Source: Bispira polyomma
Lineage: Eukaryota
DNA length: 64,000 nt
Assembly (NCBI GenBank): GCA_965649765.1
Contig: OZ287756.1
Location: 45,508,001-45,572,000 of the forward strand
Direction: 5' to 3'
Made by a program: the position numbers and the translations under genes. Below the pieces are notes generated by a model. That model worked only from the letters and a program-made list of their open reading frames with translations, made no database searches and was not told the origin of the DNA. Position 1 is the first letter of the stretch. Each line of letters begins with the position of its first letter. Positions 1 to 12,463 of the stretch are shown piece by piece.

Positions 1-594
1 CCAGTGGTAAAAAAAGCTCTGTTTACAGCAACAATATTGATGTACTTTCGGTAGAACTTTCTCTTATAGATATCTGGAAGATCAGACATACAGAAAAGCT
101 AATTTTTACAAGAAGTGAAATGACAAAACTTGGGCGGGTTCAACTTGGACTTTTGGCTTGTTTTAATACAAATAGAATCATTAATTGTGGATACCAGTGT
201 AAAAGCTGGAACCAGGTCTGATCATAGCTTAATATATCTCGAAATTGAAATAACAGAAAGTAGAAAAAGGGGTAGAGGATTTTGGAAATTTAACCATGAC
301 CTTCTAACAGATCTAAGTTATGTTAATTTAATTAAAGATATTGTTAAAAATATTAAAAATAATATTATTATTACAGAAAACAAAAATTCTCTTAGGGACT
401 TTCTAAAATGTAAAATTAGAAGTCATACAATTATTTACTCAGCTGATAAAGCAAAAAAAAAGTGAGGAAACAGGAGAAGAATCTGGTAGAAAAAAAGGTC
501 ATAGTTAAAAAATGCTAATCATCTTTTATGTGAAGTTCCATTGACTATTGAAGAATGTACAAAAGCACTGAAACTTCTACATAATGATAAATCT
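1..594 (+). mobile_element. Tx1/L1-clade non-LTR retrotransposon fragment (APE endonuclease C-terminus and pre-RT linker), decayed
   Basis: ORF 130-465 has RSDHSLI...RGRGFWKFNHDLL (APE catalytic SDH motif plus the L1/Tx1 WKFN motif). 538-594 reads PLTIEECTKALKLLHNDKS, the typical pre-RT motif. Stops and deletions present. Confidence 0.8.
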
Positions 595-1430
595 TAGTCT
601 TAGGCTATTGTGCCATGGTATTAGGCGATATGGCCTGGTTTTAGGCCACACTAACATGGTCTTAGGCTGTTTAAGCATCATATTAGGCTACTGTGACATA
701 AACTTAGGCTACAGTCACATGGTTGTGGGTCACTCAGACATGGTCTTAGACTGCCATAATATGGTATTAGGCTATTTTCACAGGATCTTAGGTTACTGTG
801 ACATTACCTTTACGCTACATAAATACAATCTAAGGCTCCTGTCACACAGTCTTAGGACACAGTTCCGTGGTCTTTGGCTACTGTGACATGGTCTTAGGCT
901 CTTGTGCCATGATTTCAGACTACTGTGGTATGATCTTATGCTACCTAGATATTTTCGTAGGCTATGGAGACTTGTATAGGCTAGTGTTACATTGTCTTAG
1001 GCGGGATGTGCATATAAGGTTACATGTCATGGTCTTAGGTTAGTGTGATATGGTATTACGCTACTGTCATGGTCTTAGTTTGGTGTGACGTTATCTTAGG
1101 CTAATGTCACATGGTTTGAACATACTGACACATAGTATTAAGCTACTAAAACTTCTGAGGCTGCAGGGCATGGCCGTAGGCTACTGAAACATGATCATAG
1201 GCTAAAGATGCATGGTCTTAGGCTACTGTGGCCTTGTCTTGGTCTAGTCCCATATGGTCTAAAGCTGGTGTGACATGGACTCAGACTACCGAAACATAAT
1301 ATTAGGCTACTGCCACATTGTCTTCAGCTACTCAGGCATGGTCTTACGCTTCTGAAAGAAGATACTAGGCTTATGTGATATGGTCGTAAGCTACTGAAAC
1401 ATAATTTTTGGCTACAGATACATGGACCGG
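592..1430 (+). repeat. Degenerate 21-bp tandem array, consensus GGTCTTAGGCTACTGTGACAT
   Basis: Contiguous repeats of ~21-nt period (ttaggctactgtgacat, ggtcttaggctactgtgg, etc.). ORF 584-886 is only the translated repeat. Confidence 0.9.
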
Positions 1431-1449
1431 CTTGATAAGTAGTTAGCTG

Positions 1450-2090
1450 TTTTAATTCAGAAGTCAAGTGATCAACATGGTTCCACAAAGAATAACAAAT
1501 GGACTTAGGGCTGTAATTGCTTACATGCAAGCACAACTGATGGTTATGATGGACATCAAAGGCAGGATAAGACGATTAAGAAGGCAAAGGAAATCACTGA
1601 CTGTATAGCCTTAGCTTCAGTTTCAGGTGGCCAGAAGATAAAGGGCAAGGCCAAGCTATAAGATCTCCAGTCGTACCCAGCTTCCTTAGGATGCCCCCTG
1701 ATGTATTCCAGGAGATGGAGAGGAGGGTGTGGTACAGGATACAGAAATACACCACCTGTTACAGGAAGGCACTGGCCCCTGGACTCAAGATAACCATTAC
1801 GTTGAGGAATTTGGCTACTGGGGAGTCCTATGCATCGAGTACCAGAAAAAATTCCTCACATGCCCCACCAACTCTGACGACTGGAAGAAGGTCGAGTCCA
1901 GATTCCGGAATATGTGGAACGTTTCCAATATCCTGGGGGCCATAGACGGCAAACACATTGCTATGAGATGCCTGAGGAAAGTGGGAGTGAGTTCTTCAAC
2001 TACAAAGGGCACCATTCAATAATCATGCTTGCCCTGGTAGATGCGGTTTAAGCATCTCATGATCAGATGCCCAGATTTTTAAGAGATCCG
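1450..2090 (+). pseudogene. PIF/Harbinger DDE transposase (HARBI1/DDE_Tnp_4-like), internally deleted
   Basis: FLRMPPDVFQEM...ITLRNLATGESY and WNVSNILGAIDGKHIAMRC...SEFFNYKG.HSIIMLALVDA motifs across frameshifts. Confidence 0.85.
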
Positions 2091-2099
2091 AACTGAAGG

Positions 2100-2960
2100 A
2101 GAAAACATAGGACCGGTCAATCAATCCACCCCCTTGAAACCATTAGCCCTGTCAGAGCCCTGGTGAGGTCTGAAGAGGTTGTGGCACTCTTTTCTGGGGT
2201 TGCTGGTACATGTACTGCGGTGTTTGCTGTTTAGATACAAAGGTGGGTGGGTTCATCTGTTATTGTATCTGGGTTTGTAACTTGTACTGCTGATGCTGCT
2301 GAAACTGTAGCACTGGTTGTGGTCTGGCCACCTGGTCCTGGATAGTGCTCACAAGGTTGAATGCCTCCCTTCTGAAGTGGTTGAAATGTTCATCTGGCAA
2401 TTTCTCGGGCTCCAATGTCAACCAGTTGAGTAATGCCCCCCCTGGGCCCCTCAGTTTTGGGCTTGATGAAGTCCTTGAAGAAGACTGAGATGGTCTCCTG
2501 CATCGTGGCCAGCATGTCTCTCAGCTCAGTAGACAGTGCAGCCGCAGGGTAGATCTGGCACAGACTGAAAACTAGTCAGGGGATGCTATTAGCAAGGAAT
2601 TCTCCATCTCTGTTTCAGCGTCCTGGTCTGTGTCTTACTGGGACAAAAAGGTGGATGTGACGGGTCTGAAGCCAGATGTTCTTGACCCAGTGCTGCCTCT
2701 CTGTCAACTCGTTGTTGCCAGACCAGAATTCCTGATGCTTAGCTTGCAATAGATAGTCCTCTGTGATTGAAACCACTTCTTCACTTCTTCCATGTCTAAT
2801 CCCTTGCCTGAGCAGAACTCCAGCCACAACATATCTTTAGCCTGGGTGTCTTTGTATCTCTGGTCTCTTTTGTTGTATAGCCATTCATGGTCTCGTTTGT
2901 TTGGCCCAACCTATCTTTTCGATCGGGGCAAACAAAGGATCTATTTTTGGTAAATGTCAC
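2100..2960 (-). pseudogene. Harbinger second ORF (MADF/Myb-SANT DNA-binding protein) remnant, convergent with the transposase
   Basis: Mirror of 13986-14234, HEWLYNKRDQRYKDTQAKDMLW...EEVKKWFQSQKTIYCKL (MADF pattern), followed by a Q/T-rich low-complexity tail. Confidence 0.75.
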
Positions 2961-4619
2961 TTAGAGGGTGAAAAAAACTTGTAATAGCCCTTGATCTATA
3001 TTTGTGATAGAAAGATAAATCGGGATGAATTATCAAACGATTTAGGGGAAGATTGAGATAATAGGTGGATAGAAGATTAATTGGCCGTACCACCTATATT
3101 TACCCCTGCTCACAGAGGTTATCAAACATGTTTGAAAACCTCTGCGACCTCTCCGATTGGAAACAATTTGTCATTGGAACCCCCCCGACCTTCCGATAAT
3201 TGCCTCGATCTTATAATCGTAACAATCTGGGGCTATGATCAGCATAGTGATACAGGGATATTAATCATTAATAACTCAGCCGACAAGCTATAAATGGTTG
3301 CCGCAGATCTTCATGGATCTCTGTAGATCCTACAATCGTTTTGATCTTGGCCAAGTTTTCCTGTTTACAAGTGATATCAATCAATCACTGAAAAGGTCTT
3401 TAGAAATCTTTAATCAATCAATAATGGCTTCTTTAGGTTGTGCCACCACTCCAAAACTACTCTGAACCGGTCTCTGAAGCCATCCAGGAGCAATCTGACA
3501 TATGTCTACAACCAGTCTGACCTTTTGTTGACCTCAAACCCACACTTCAATGGTCCCAGCTAGGCGGCAAAAGATCTTTAATCAGTTCTTCAAACAATCC
3601 ACGATTAGTGTCAGCATCTGTCGCCACTTAATTAAACAATAATACAAAAGCTGCAACCAAAAAACTGAAATCTTGAAATTATTATTCAATATATCTATGA
3701 GCCATGTCACCACCTGTCGATCAATGAAATTATAGCAGATCATATCAAACCGCTCTTCTATTAAGTAATGAACACTTTTGCCGAATCGGGATAGTTGGCA
3801 GAAACTATAAATACCTAAAATTTCGGTGTTTTGTGATTACATTTGGTTCAGTCTTTGACATTACACATGTTCATGGATGAGCTGACAAGCATGGCCTCTT
3901 CAGAAGCCCATCAGAATGAGCAACAGTCCCCACACCACCAGGATCCAGTCAGACTAGATATAGTAGGTAGCCTCAGACTGGCAGACCATGTCCGGGGAAA
4001 CCCACCAATTCAACCTGTCACAAGCCAGCTTTGGGGGATAAACACTTCTATTCTCACTGGGCTCAACACATCTGGCATGGGCCTTAATACATCTGGCCTC
4101 CTCAACATGCTAGACACTATGCAAGTCTAGCACCAGCAGTGCACATCCTAAACCAACCCAGTGGCTGAGACCCCGACTGGAAAACCACTGGTGACCATGT
4201 ACACACTCAGAAGCAGCAGCAGTGACTGTGGGACTATTGTTTTGTGAGACTGTGGGACTTTTATATATTATTGGATTACATATTTATTTTTTCATTTGTA
4301 CATACTTTATTCACAATCGCAAAAAATACAATTATACAAAGTCTTCTTGCAATAAGATATTACAAAATGAAGACAATGGATGAAAAAACTGACAAGTTTG
4401 ATATAATGATAGAATGCTGGTGTGTGGTCAAAAACAGTATATTTAAAACTTTTGTGATTTGTATAAAAAGTGTGGAATGCTTAAAATGTTTGTAACATGA
4501 TTTAGGTTTTAGGACCTTGGACCTGAAAGAGAATCATTTTGACCTGAAAGACATTAATTTTGACCCAAAAGTGATTCACTTCTTAGTGAATCCGCATTAG
4601 ATCAATAGTCAAATAAGGT

Positions 4620-5715
4620 CAAGCTTATGGTCTCTCGTGATCCAGTGGTTATGATTTTGGTCTGGTTCTGCCTAGTGGTTCGGATGAACACCTGAGATGG
4701 TGGTCCTTTGTCCACAGATCCCATCCCCCAGTTGCAAGCTAAAGATCAACTTATGTGCATAGGCAATTCACTGTCATAACTATATTGCACAGAAATTGAA
4801 AATACTGGCGATAAGTCTACTAATAAGTCCAACCTTTCATTTAATATACAGCACAGTCACAATCATTTTAAAGCATGTCTCTCTGCCATGGTACAACATC
4901 AACGTTGTTGTAATATTGTTTTAAATAGATCCACTGTCTCTTAGCCCTAAATGGAGCCTTTGTGGGACCCCTGACATTCTGGCATCATCCCTCCAGGCCC
5001 CATTAATCACTTGGTGATTATTTCCCTCGCAGTCCAGCCCCACAATCTGCAAAGCTGTATACCTGTTGTGCATTAGATTATGCAAGCAAATACATACAGA
5101 CAAAATTTCCGTTTCTGTCTCTTCCTCAAGAGTGGTCAGCAAGGCACAAAACTTGTTTGAAAGGATACCAAATTCTACAATGTTGCGGGCTCGCGACAAC
5201 CTTTAGTTAAATGTTCTTTCTGCATCGGTCATCTGTTGTTGTGAAAATGGCTTCATCATCTACAGAGCCAACCCAAAGGCAATATCACCAACCAAGAAAT
5301 AAGGAATGCCCCTATCATTGGCAGGTGGCAGTCGAAGTGTGCCCTCTATCCTCAAGACTCATCTTCAGCTCTGAGTTTGAATTTGAATTTGAATTTGGAT
5401 ATTTAACGTCCACTCTAGTACCTTTTAGTAGATTATATTGGGACGGGTAGTTGGAAACGCTGGAGGAAACACTGCATATAGTTGGCCAAGGTTCTGCAGA
5501 GAAACCAGCTGCCCACAGTAAGGAACAACCACCTTTCCCACATAGGCATCAACGGGATTCGAACTGACGCCGCCCCAAAGTGAGAGACCAGTGATTGTGA
5601 AGCGCAAAGCTTGCTAACCACTGGGCCACCGCCTTTGAACACTGAACAGGCTGATGTGGAACCATTGGCACCAATGTCTACCCAGATGACTTGTAGTTAT
5701 GAAACACTGACCCAG
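4620..5715 (-). mobile_element. Harbinger transposase 3' half and 3' flank, interrupted by a SINE; same family as 59060-60700
   Basis: RARNIVE.FGILSNKF...ICLHNLM motif in ORF 4921-5199. 4680-4770 is the reverse complement of ~60590-60685. Confidence 0.8.
5376..5633 (-). mobile_element. Full-length tRNA-derived SINE (~260 bp)
   Basis: Minus strand starts GGCGGTGGCCCAGTGG (Pol III A box) with GTTCGAATCC (B box). It has a 3' GGACGTTAAA motif and an (AAATTC)n tail, and interrupts a Harbinger ORF that is contiguous in the paralogue at ~59930-59975. Confidence 0.88.
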
Positions 5716-5739
5716 AGCCTTGAGCCTTGCCATATACTA

Positions 5740-5830
5740 AGTCTAAGACTTAATTTTTTTTTTAAATTTCCTCCCCGTTGCACAGTGGACCCACACCTCG
5801 TCCCCTGTTCCACAGTGGACCCCAAGTGCA
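5740..5830. repeat. ~31-bp repeat (CCTCCCCTGTTGCACAGTGGACCCCCA) block, copy 1
   Basis: ctaagactta+polyT leader then gttgcacagtggaccc units; same arrangement at 6590-6720. Confidence 0.7.
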
Positions 5831-6229
5831 CTGATGTTTAACAATTCAAAGTTTGCTAACTGTGTGTTTATGTTGGGGGTCATGTTGATTGAGTTTGGGT
5901 GTAACTGGGTATCATGAGCCTTAATATTCTTGATTGGATATCGCACTAATTGGTAACTGTGTGTCATGGGGGAGATTCTTGATTGAGTTTTTACACTAAT
6001 TGCTAACTGTGTGTCATGGGAGTTAGCATTCTTGAGTGGGTCTGAATGTAATTGCATTTACAGTAGTGTACATAAGCTGGGGGCTACAGCTTGTAGGTCA
6101 GTTCAATTTTATACTGTAAATAGTGAAGACAGATATGTATTATACAAAGTGATTATTGATGAGAAGTTATTGTTATTATGTCTAGATTTAGTGTAGGAAA
6201 GTGTTTCTCCACATTTGAGTATTTACTGA

Positions 6230-6505
6230 GTGAGATAGCTCACTATGAAAAGGAAAATTTATTGAATGTTATTAAGAAGCATTCTGGCAAAATTAAAAAT
6301 GCTCTGAAAAGAGGCTCAAGTATGAGTTACAACACAGATCTGGTGTATGCTTAGGTCAACTTTGTGTGCAAACACAGTTGCTCCTTTAGACCACGCCAGA
6401 CCAAGGGTGTTGGACCTAACACCAAGACAGAAAAGAGGGACTGTCCTTTAGTGATGAAATTCCGGACCACAGCAGATGGACAGGCCTTGCTGATGACCCA
6501 GTTCA
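6230..6505 (+). mobile_element. Probable Mutator/MULE (ZSWIM3/FAR1-like) N-terminal DNA-binding domain fragment
   Basis: Translation LVYA*VNFVCKHSCSFRPRQTKGVGPNTKTEKRDCPLVMKFRTTADGQALL resembles the C-x-H...K-x-x-CP motif of MULE WRKY/FAR1-like domains. Confidence 0.5.
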
Positions 6506-6722
6506 CAGTGGACCCCCATTTCCTTATCCTTGCATAATAACCCCCCCCCCCCCCTCATCCTTGCACAGTGGGCCCCTACATCGCCATATCCTAAGACTTA
6601 TTTTTTTTAAAGTTCCTCCTTGTTGCACAGTTGACCCTACCTCCTCCCTGTTGCACAGTGGACCCCCAACTCCTCCCCTGTTGCACAGTGGACCCCCACC
6701 TCCTTCTCCTTGCACTGTGGGC
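6500..6722. repeat. ~31-bp repeat block, copy 2
   Basis: Several ttgcacagtggacccc units; ORFs 6524-6715 and 6637-6822 are repeat translations. Confidence 0.75.
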
Positions 6723-6894
6723 CAAAGATGTCTATGTTAGTCTTGATCAGGTAGCAATTGTTAATCAGGAAACCATCTGACACCTGTCTCCAACCAGTCT
6801 GAAGTTTTATTATCAATGTCATAACCAGACTTCACTGTTTTCAGCTGGATGGCGACAAATCTTTAATCATTTCTGCAAATAAGCCTAAAACAAG

Positions 6895-7160
6895 TCTTCA
6901 TAGCCTATGGACAATGCCTAGGAAGCATAAGACCATGTCTCATTAGCCTAATACCATATCACAGTGGCCTAAAACAATATCATATAGTGTAAGATTGAGA
7001 CAGTAGCCTTGACCATATCACAGTAGCTTAAGAACATGTTACAGTAGCCTAACATTGTGTTAAAAAATATTGGGTTTACGTAGCCTAAGATCAGATCTAT
7101 GCAGTATTTTAGGCTTATGTCATGGTGTGGGCGACTGTGGTATGGTCTTAGGCAACATAA
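6895..7160. repeat. 21-bp repeat family (same as 592-1430) switching orientation at ~7105
   Basis: cagtagcctaa/gaccatgtc units up to ~7100, then ttaggct/ggtcttaggc units. Confidence 0.75.
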
Positions 7161-7599
7161 CATGCATATAAATGTAAATTTTGGGTTGGTAGCGCAAGTG
7201 TGTTAGTTGGCTGCATTTTGAATTTTTTGATAATTCATCAATTAATCAATAACCTTGGTTTGTTTTGCCTTCATTGTCTGTATTTTTAGCGGTTTGGTTT
7301 TGTCTAAGTAGCTTATGCGTGTTACTTGGCTGGATTGTGAATTTTGTTAAGTAACGTTATTGCATCAGTGTGGTGTCTATCTATTTAGCACACTTTCTAT
7401 ACTTTCTTATTGTTATGTAGTCATTTCATTTAAAATGTTTTTGTTCAAAATCCCAGTCCTGGTGTGTGTTAGTGTAGCACTCGCTGCTAAATTCAAACAG
7501 AGGTGTGAAACGAAAATACAGTTCAGTTATCACCTGAGTGAAGAACATGCTTTTAGCACTGAATATTCATGGATCCTTGCTACAAAAAAAATTTAATCA

Positions 7600-9055
7600 T
7601 CTACTCCAAATCCCCCCTAGGTTTCCCAATTCAGCAGACATGTCCCAACTGGCTTGCTTACTGATTATGGCAGTTGAAGTTGCCTTGAACCCCGGACCTA
7701 TTAAGCTACGCCAAGTAAACTGTTGTTCATTGCGTAAGAAGGGTCTGTTGGTTGCGATTTATTGTTCAGCAACATCTTTGGGCTCACTGAAACACACCCC
7801 AGGACAGTCCTTCCTTCATCAGGGAATTAACGCCAGATAGTTTCAACTTGCTGCATGTTCCTCGTACACACACGGCAGGTGGCGGTGTGGGCTTATTCGT
7901 TCGGAACACCTTCCAAGTTTTAAAAATTACCTCCCCACCAGTTGTATCATTTGAGCATCTAATTCTGTTTGTTGGTTAAATCACCAAATGAGTAATGTGG
8001 TTATATACTGGCATCAACAGTATTGTAAAAACTAGCCGCTGAAGTAATCTTTTGTGTGTTAGATTTTAACCCACTTACAGTTGAAAAAACAAGAAAATCT
8101 GCTTTGGATAATGTCACAACATAAACATGGTTCAACTAAAAAATGACCTAAAATCGAACAACTTTGTTGTCTCTCCATCCGATGATGTCGCAGAGCTGTA
8201 TAATCAATAAGTTAACTCTCTCAGTACCCTCCTTTATAATCATGCGCTAAAAATTTCTAAATTTTTGAGAAAGCCTCTATCATCGTGGGTAACTGATGAA
8301 TACCTTCTTGCCAGGTGTTTGAGGCGCCAATATGAATGTTTGTGGCGGAAAAATAAAGACCTTGCTGCACTCTATAGATCACGTCTTAGAAGAATGAGAA
8401 ACAGATGTAACAGGCCAAAGGTGACTTCTATGTATATATTATCTCAACAGCAACACCAACTCAACAGACTCAAAAGCCTTATGGCGTGAACTAAACAATG
8501 TATTACACAGGAATTTTTTTACCTGAGGGTCAGCAAGATATCACTTAGTGGAATAAGTTTTGTCAGTTTTTAAGGAATAAAATTGAAAAGATCAGTGAAA
8601 GTTTTGCAAAATCAAATAAGTCTCACCTGTTGTGGCTCCAAGTGATTTCTGTAAATTTGGTTCAGTTACTGAAGATAATGTTAAGAAAGTCATGTTGGTA
8701 CCAAATCATGCATGCTCGACCCCCTGGCCCACTTTCCTTGTAATGGAAGGGGCCCAAAAAATGACAAAATTATCAACCTGTACCTAGACTATGCTATATC
8801 TCAAAATTAATAGAACGGGTTATAGCTCAACAGTCATCTTGAAGCATTCAGCCTTGGCAACACCTACTAATCAGCATAAAATATAACATTCAACTGAAAC
8901 AGCTCTGCTTTATATTAAAAACGATATTCATATGTCTTTATCAAAGGGTGTTCCCAATCCATTAGTATTATTAGACTTATCAGCTGCTTTATTGATCACA
9001 ATGTCCTCATTGAAAGATTAAAAACCTGGTTTGGCCTGAATGACTCTGTCTAGAA
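7600..9055 (+). mobile_element. Decayed L2/CR1-group LINE (2A-like leader, APE, RT N-half)
   Basis: LLIMAVEVALNPGP (7658-7699), HVPRTHTAGGGVGLFVR (APE), LWRELNNVLH, KSCMLDPWPT, HSTETALLYIKNDI...LVLLDLSAA. Confidence 0.8.
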
Positions 9056-9065
9056 AGGTTGATAG

Positions 9066-9212
9066 AAGTGAATCCTTTTTGGGTCAAAATTAATGTCTTT
9101 CAGGTCAAAATGAATAACTTTCAGGTCAAAATGAATTACTTTGAGGACTAAGGTGAAACTGAATCTCTTTCAGGTCCAACGTCCAAAGTCAATATCTTTC
9201 GGGTCCAAGGTC
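9066..9212 (-). repeat. Inner segment of the right inverted arm (~21-bp caggtcaaaa subrepeats), separated from the rest of the arm by the pogo-containing insert
   Basis: aagtgaatc...gggtcaaaattaatgtctttcaggtcaaaatga is the reverse complement of ~4512-4582. Confidence 0.75.
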
Positions 9213-9461
9213 ACAGTTCATGGTAATTTATTTGAAGTCACAAAATAGCCAATAATTAACAATATATCCTCGCAGCACCGGTTTTCAAGAAATTAGTGAA
9301 AAAACCTACCTTGTAACCGCTACACTCCAAAATACGTACAAAAAAAAGTCTTCTAAAGGTCTTTATATCTTCTGCTATATATCCATCAAAATATGTTCCA
9401 AATGTAGTGTTTATTTAAACAGAAAAAAGCAAATACTAAATCTGTTATCCGCGGTAAAAAC

Positions 9462-12400
9462 TTGCGACCTTGACACCCATTTTCGAGATTTGTTTACATC
9501 CCATTTGTGATACTTCCTGTGGTTATAAGGGGGGGGTTCTAACATGTACAAAAAAGTGCCTCTTATAAAATTTAAAGAATATATTATCAGAAATTGACAA
9601 ACCGATTGTCTCAATGTGAGAATCATTGAACAAAGGTATTTGAATACCAGCAAACATTCTGTACTGTAAAACAAAAAATGATAAATAAATACTCTGTATA
9701 CCATGTGTATTTATTGGGGTTTCAATCAATAGTTTAATACAAACGTGGCACTTCATATTTTCAAGATATTTGAAACTTAAATATTGCTATGGTGAACACA
9801 AAGTGGATACATATTTAAATTTCACACATAGATTAAAATTTAATTTTTATATTGTCTGTTACACAAAGTTTACATGTGATAGAAATTAACATTCACATTG
9901 TTTATTCTCACTAACATTTAGATTGTTTATTCTCAATGAATCATCAAAGTTTACTCTTCCTCTACAGCTGTGTCTGGAGCACAGTGAGGACACAAGAATG
10001 TTTGATTTCGACCACAACTAACAATTTTAGAACAAAATTTTAAATGTGTCCAGTGATTACACCTGTCACATTGCGCCCAATCAACTATAACAAAAGATGT
10101 TCTCTTGTGTAGATCTGCTGGAAAAATAGGTTACAAACACAGCAAAGTTCATCATCTTGCATTAGATCGTTGTTGGAATTGTTATCTTCAAAACTTGGTG
10201 AATCTATCACAAAATGAGAAGGGCCTGCTTGAGGGGAAGTATAAACATTTGAAACTGGTGAAATTGTACATTGACGTTTTTTGGGTGTTTTTGAAGTGGA
10301 GCTTGTGTTTTGTTTTGAGGTACAACCTAGGCTTTTTTTGATTTTGGATGGTGTTTTACTGCTTGTGCTTGATTTTGGGGTACTATCCAAATTGGTTTTG
10401 TATGGTGTTTTAAACATCTTTCATTTTTGACCTTCAATGTGATTGACAATGGCTCTTGAATTATTATCCTCAGTGATAGGTTTTCCAGATGACACCCTAC
10501 TCAAGGTATTCCTGGGTTTCTTACTTTGAACATTGGCAGAAACACCTGTCTCAATATCTGAAATAAAATTGTCCATTTGGGTGTCTGGAAAGTTAGTGGT
10601 CTCTATACTAGTGTTTTCAGTAGGGTAAATAGTTTGCTTGTCTGACTGAAATACAACATGAGGAATGATTTTGTTTTGATCAAAAGCTTTAGGGTTGAAA
10701 GGGTATATACCTGACTTTTTGAAAGAAGCACAAAGGTTGGAAGAATTCAGTGCAACCCTGTAGGCTTTACATACAAGGGAAGCTATGTCATACTTTGTCA
10801 CACTATTACCAATGTTTTCCTTCATGTACTTCTGTACTTCATATGAATATGCCTTTTCCAATGGGCCAAAACAGCCCACATCCAGCGGTTTTAAACCTGG
10901 CTAGTATGGGGAGGGAGTACAAACAAAACAATATTATTCTCTTTGGCCTATTCTATAATATCTGGGTGAACATGACTACGATGGCCATCATATAATATCA
11001 GTTTATGACCAGATCCATTTTGAGCATATTTGATAAAATGTTCTGACAGATAATGTTTAAACACTTCAGTGTTTGACCAGCCACTTTTGGAGACTGTGCC
11101 CGTTGCACCTGGAGTTACATCTTGCAGAAATTCAGACCTGTAATGTAAATATTTCGAACATTGCACTGTCTTTATTGAGGTAGCAAAAAATTTAAAACTG
11201 ATGGAAAAAGATTTATATGGTCAGTCTGAATACTCTTTTGAAATATATATGATACATACAAGCTATAGTGCAAAAAATATTATATATAACATGGTTAGGA
11301 AGATACCAATAACCGTACAGTTAGATATTTATCTTTTCTATAATGCAAAGATGTGATTAGGATATATATGTTATATTAACCTCATACGCTGTCCTGGAAC
11401 TACAAAGTATGGAGGTAAAGCTGTTTCAATGGCATTTCCACATCCAATAACAGTTACACTCAGGCATGCAGATGTAACTGCTTGGGGGGTTCCAAATTCA
11501 TAACCTGAGACGACATATGGCGGTGTATGTTCGGCAGATATACCCTTTTCATCTGTGTTATAGATGTTCTCTGGAGCATCATACAAATCATATTTGGTCA
11601 TAATTGCTTCTAAATCACTGAAATAGGCAGAGATAACCTCAGGACTAGCACTCTTTGCGCGAGCTATTCTAAAGCCACTTGGTTTAGAAACTTTAAGAGA
11701 AGGCCACCTACTCATCAAACCATAAAACCACTTTCTTGATAAGGTTTAGCAATTTCCTTAATGTTCATACCATACTCGCTTCCCTTAGATATCACTTGTG
11801 CCCTTGTGTATCATACCCTACTAATGCCATTTGTTTGATACTAATTTAGTTTCCTCATATGCAGTAAAAATGGGAGATGGGCCAGACTTTACAGTATCTA
11901 AACTAATACGACCATTTATTCTGTCTCTGAGTGTAGTATCAGGAATATTAAACTTTCTTGATGCCGGAGCAACAGTAAACTTCTTCTCCTTAACAAAAGC
12001 AAATGCCAGCTGCAACGGTGTTGGATTATAGTGGCGATAATTTAGCTTCAACTTCTATGAGGTACCCTAAAATTATAAGGGAGGCACTTTTTCACTATTA
12101 TTATGACCCATCCTAAACAAAATTTAGCCAGCTCCATTGGCGGTTTTATTTACGTACGAGAGATCAATAAAGCAGATGATAACAAAGATTAACAAAATTT
12201 AGCAGATATTAAGGGAAAATCAATACATAAATGCATGGAATTTTTAGTAGTTAGTCTTTAGCATTAATTACACCTATTATATTAAAATTTGAATGATTTA
12301 TACCTGTTTCTGTCGCATTTTCCACATAATTTTCCGATAAAATAACGTGTATGTGTTGATAAACAAATAGTAACCTTCCGAAGTCTCACGTCGGAAATCT

Positions 12401-12463
12401 CGGTTAAAACGATAGCAAAACGAGATCTCGAAAACGGGTGTCTCTCAAAAATAGGTGTCGCAA
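9462..12463 (-). mobile_element. pogo/Tigger-type (Tc1-mariner superfamily) DNA transposon: HTH-psq, CENP-B HTH, DDE_1, C-terminal PHD finger; frameshifted, with two introns
   Basis: Motifs ASRKFNIPDTTLRDRING, IYNTDEKG, SKSGWSN, LILYDGHRSH, PLDVGCFGPL, CCVC...WAQCDRCNHWTHLKFC...CPHC. GT-AG introns at 12067-12303 and 11138-11380. Imperfect inverted repeats at 9462-9489 and 12425-12463. Confidence 0.85.

Larger units (their letters stand above)
678..4582 (+). repeat. Left arm of a large inverted duplication (partner 9066-9212 plus 12549-16596)
   Basis: Mirror ORF pairs 1691-1945(+)/15002-15256(-), 2615-2827(-)/14111-14323(+), 3843-4130(+)/12966-13253(-). gtttgtaacatgatttaggttt (~4488-4509) is the reverse complement of 12549-12570. 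Confidence 0.92.

Noticed and set aside
592-1430. 21-bp periodic array as a CRISPR array or repeat protein
   Set aside because: Units are contiguous and degenerate with no unique spacers and no cas genes; context is eukaryotic; reading frames contain stops.
5560-5633. tRNA gene (A and B boxes)
   Set aside because: It continues into a ~190-bp body and simple-repeat tail and interrupts a transposase, so it is a SINE head.
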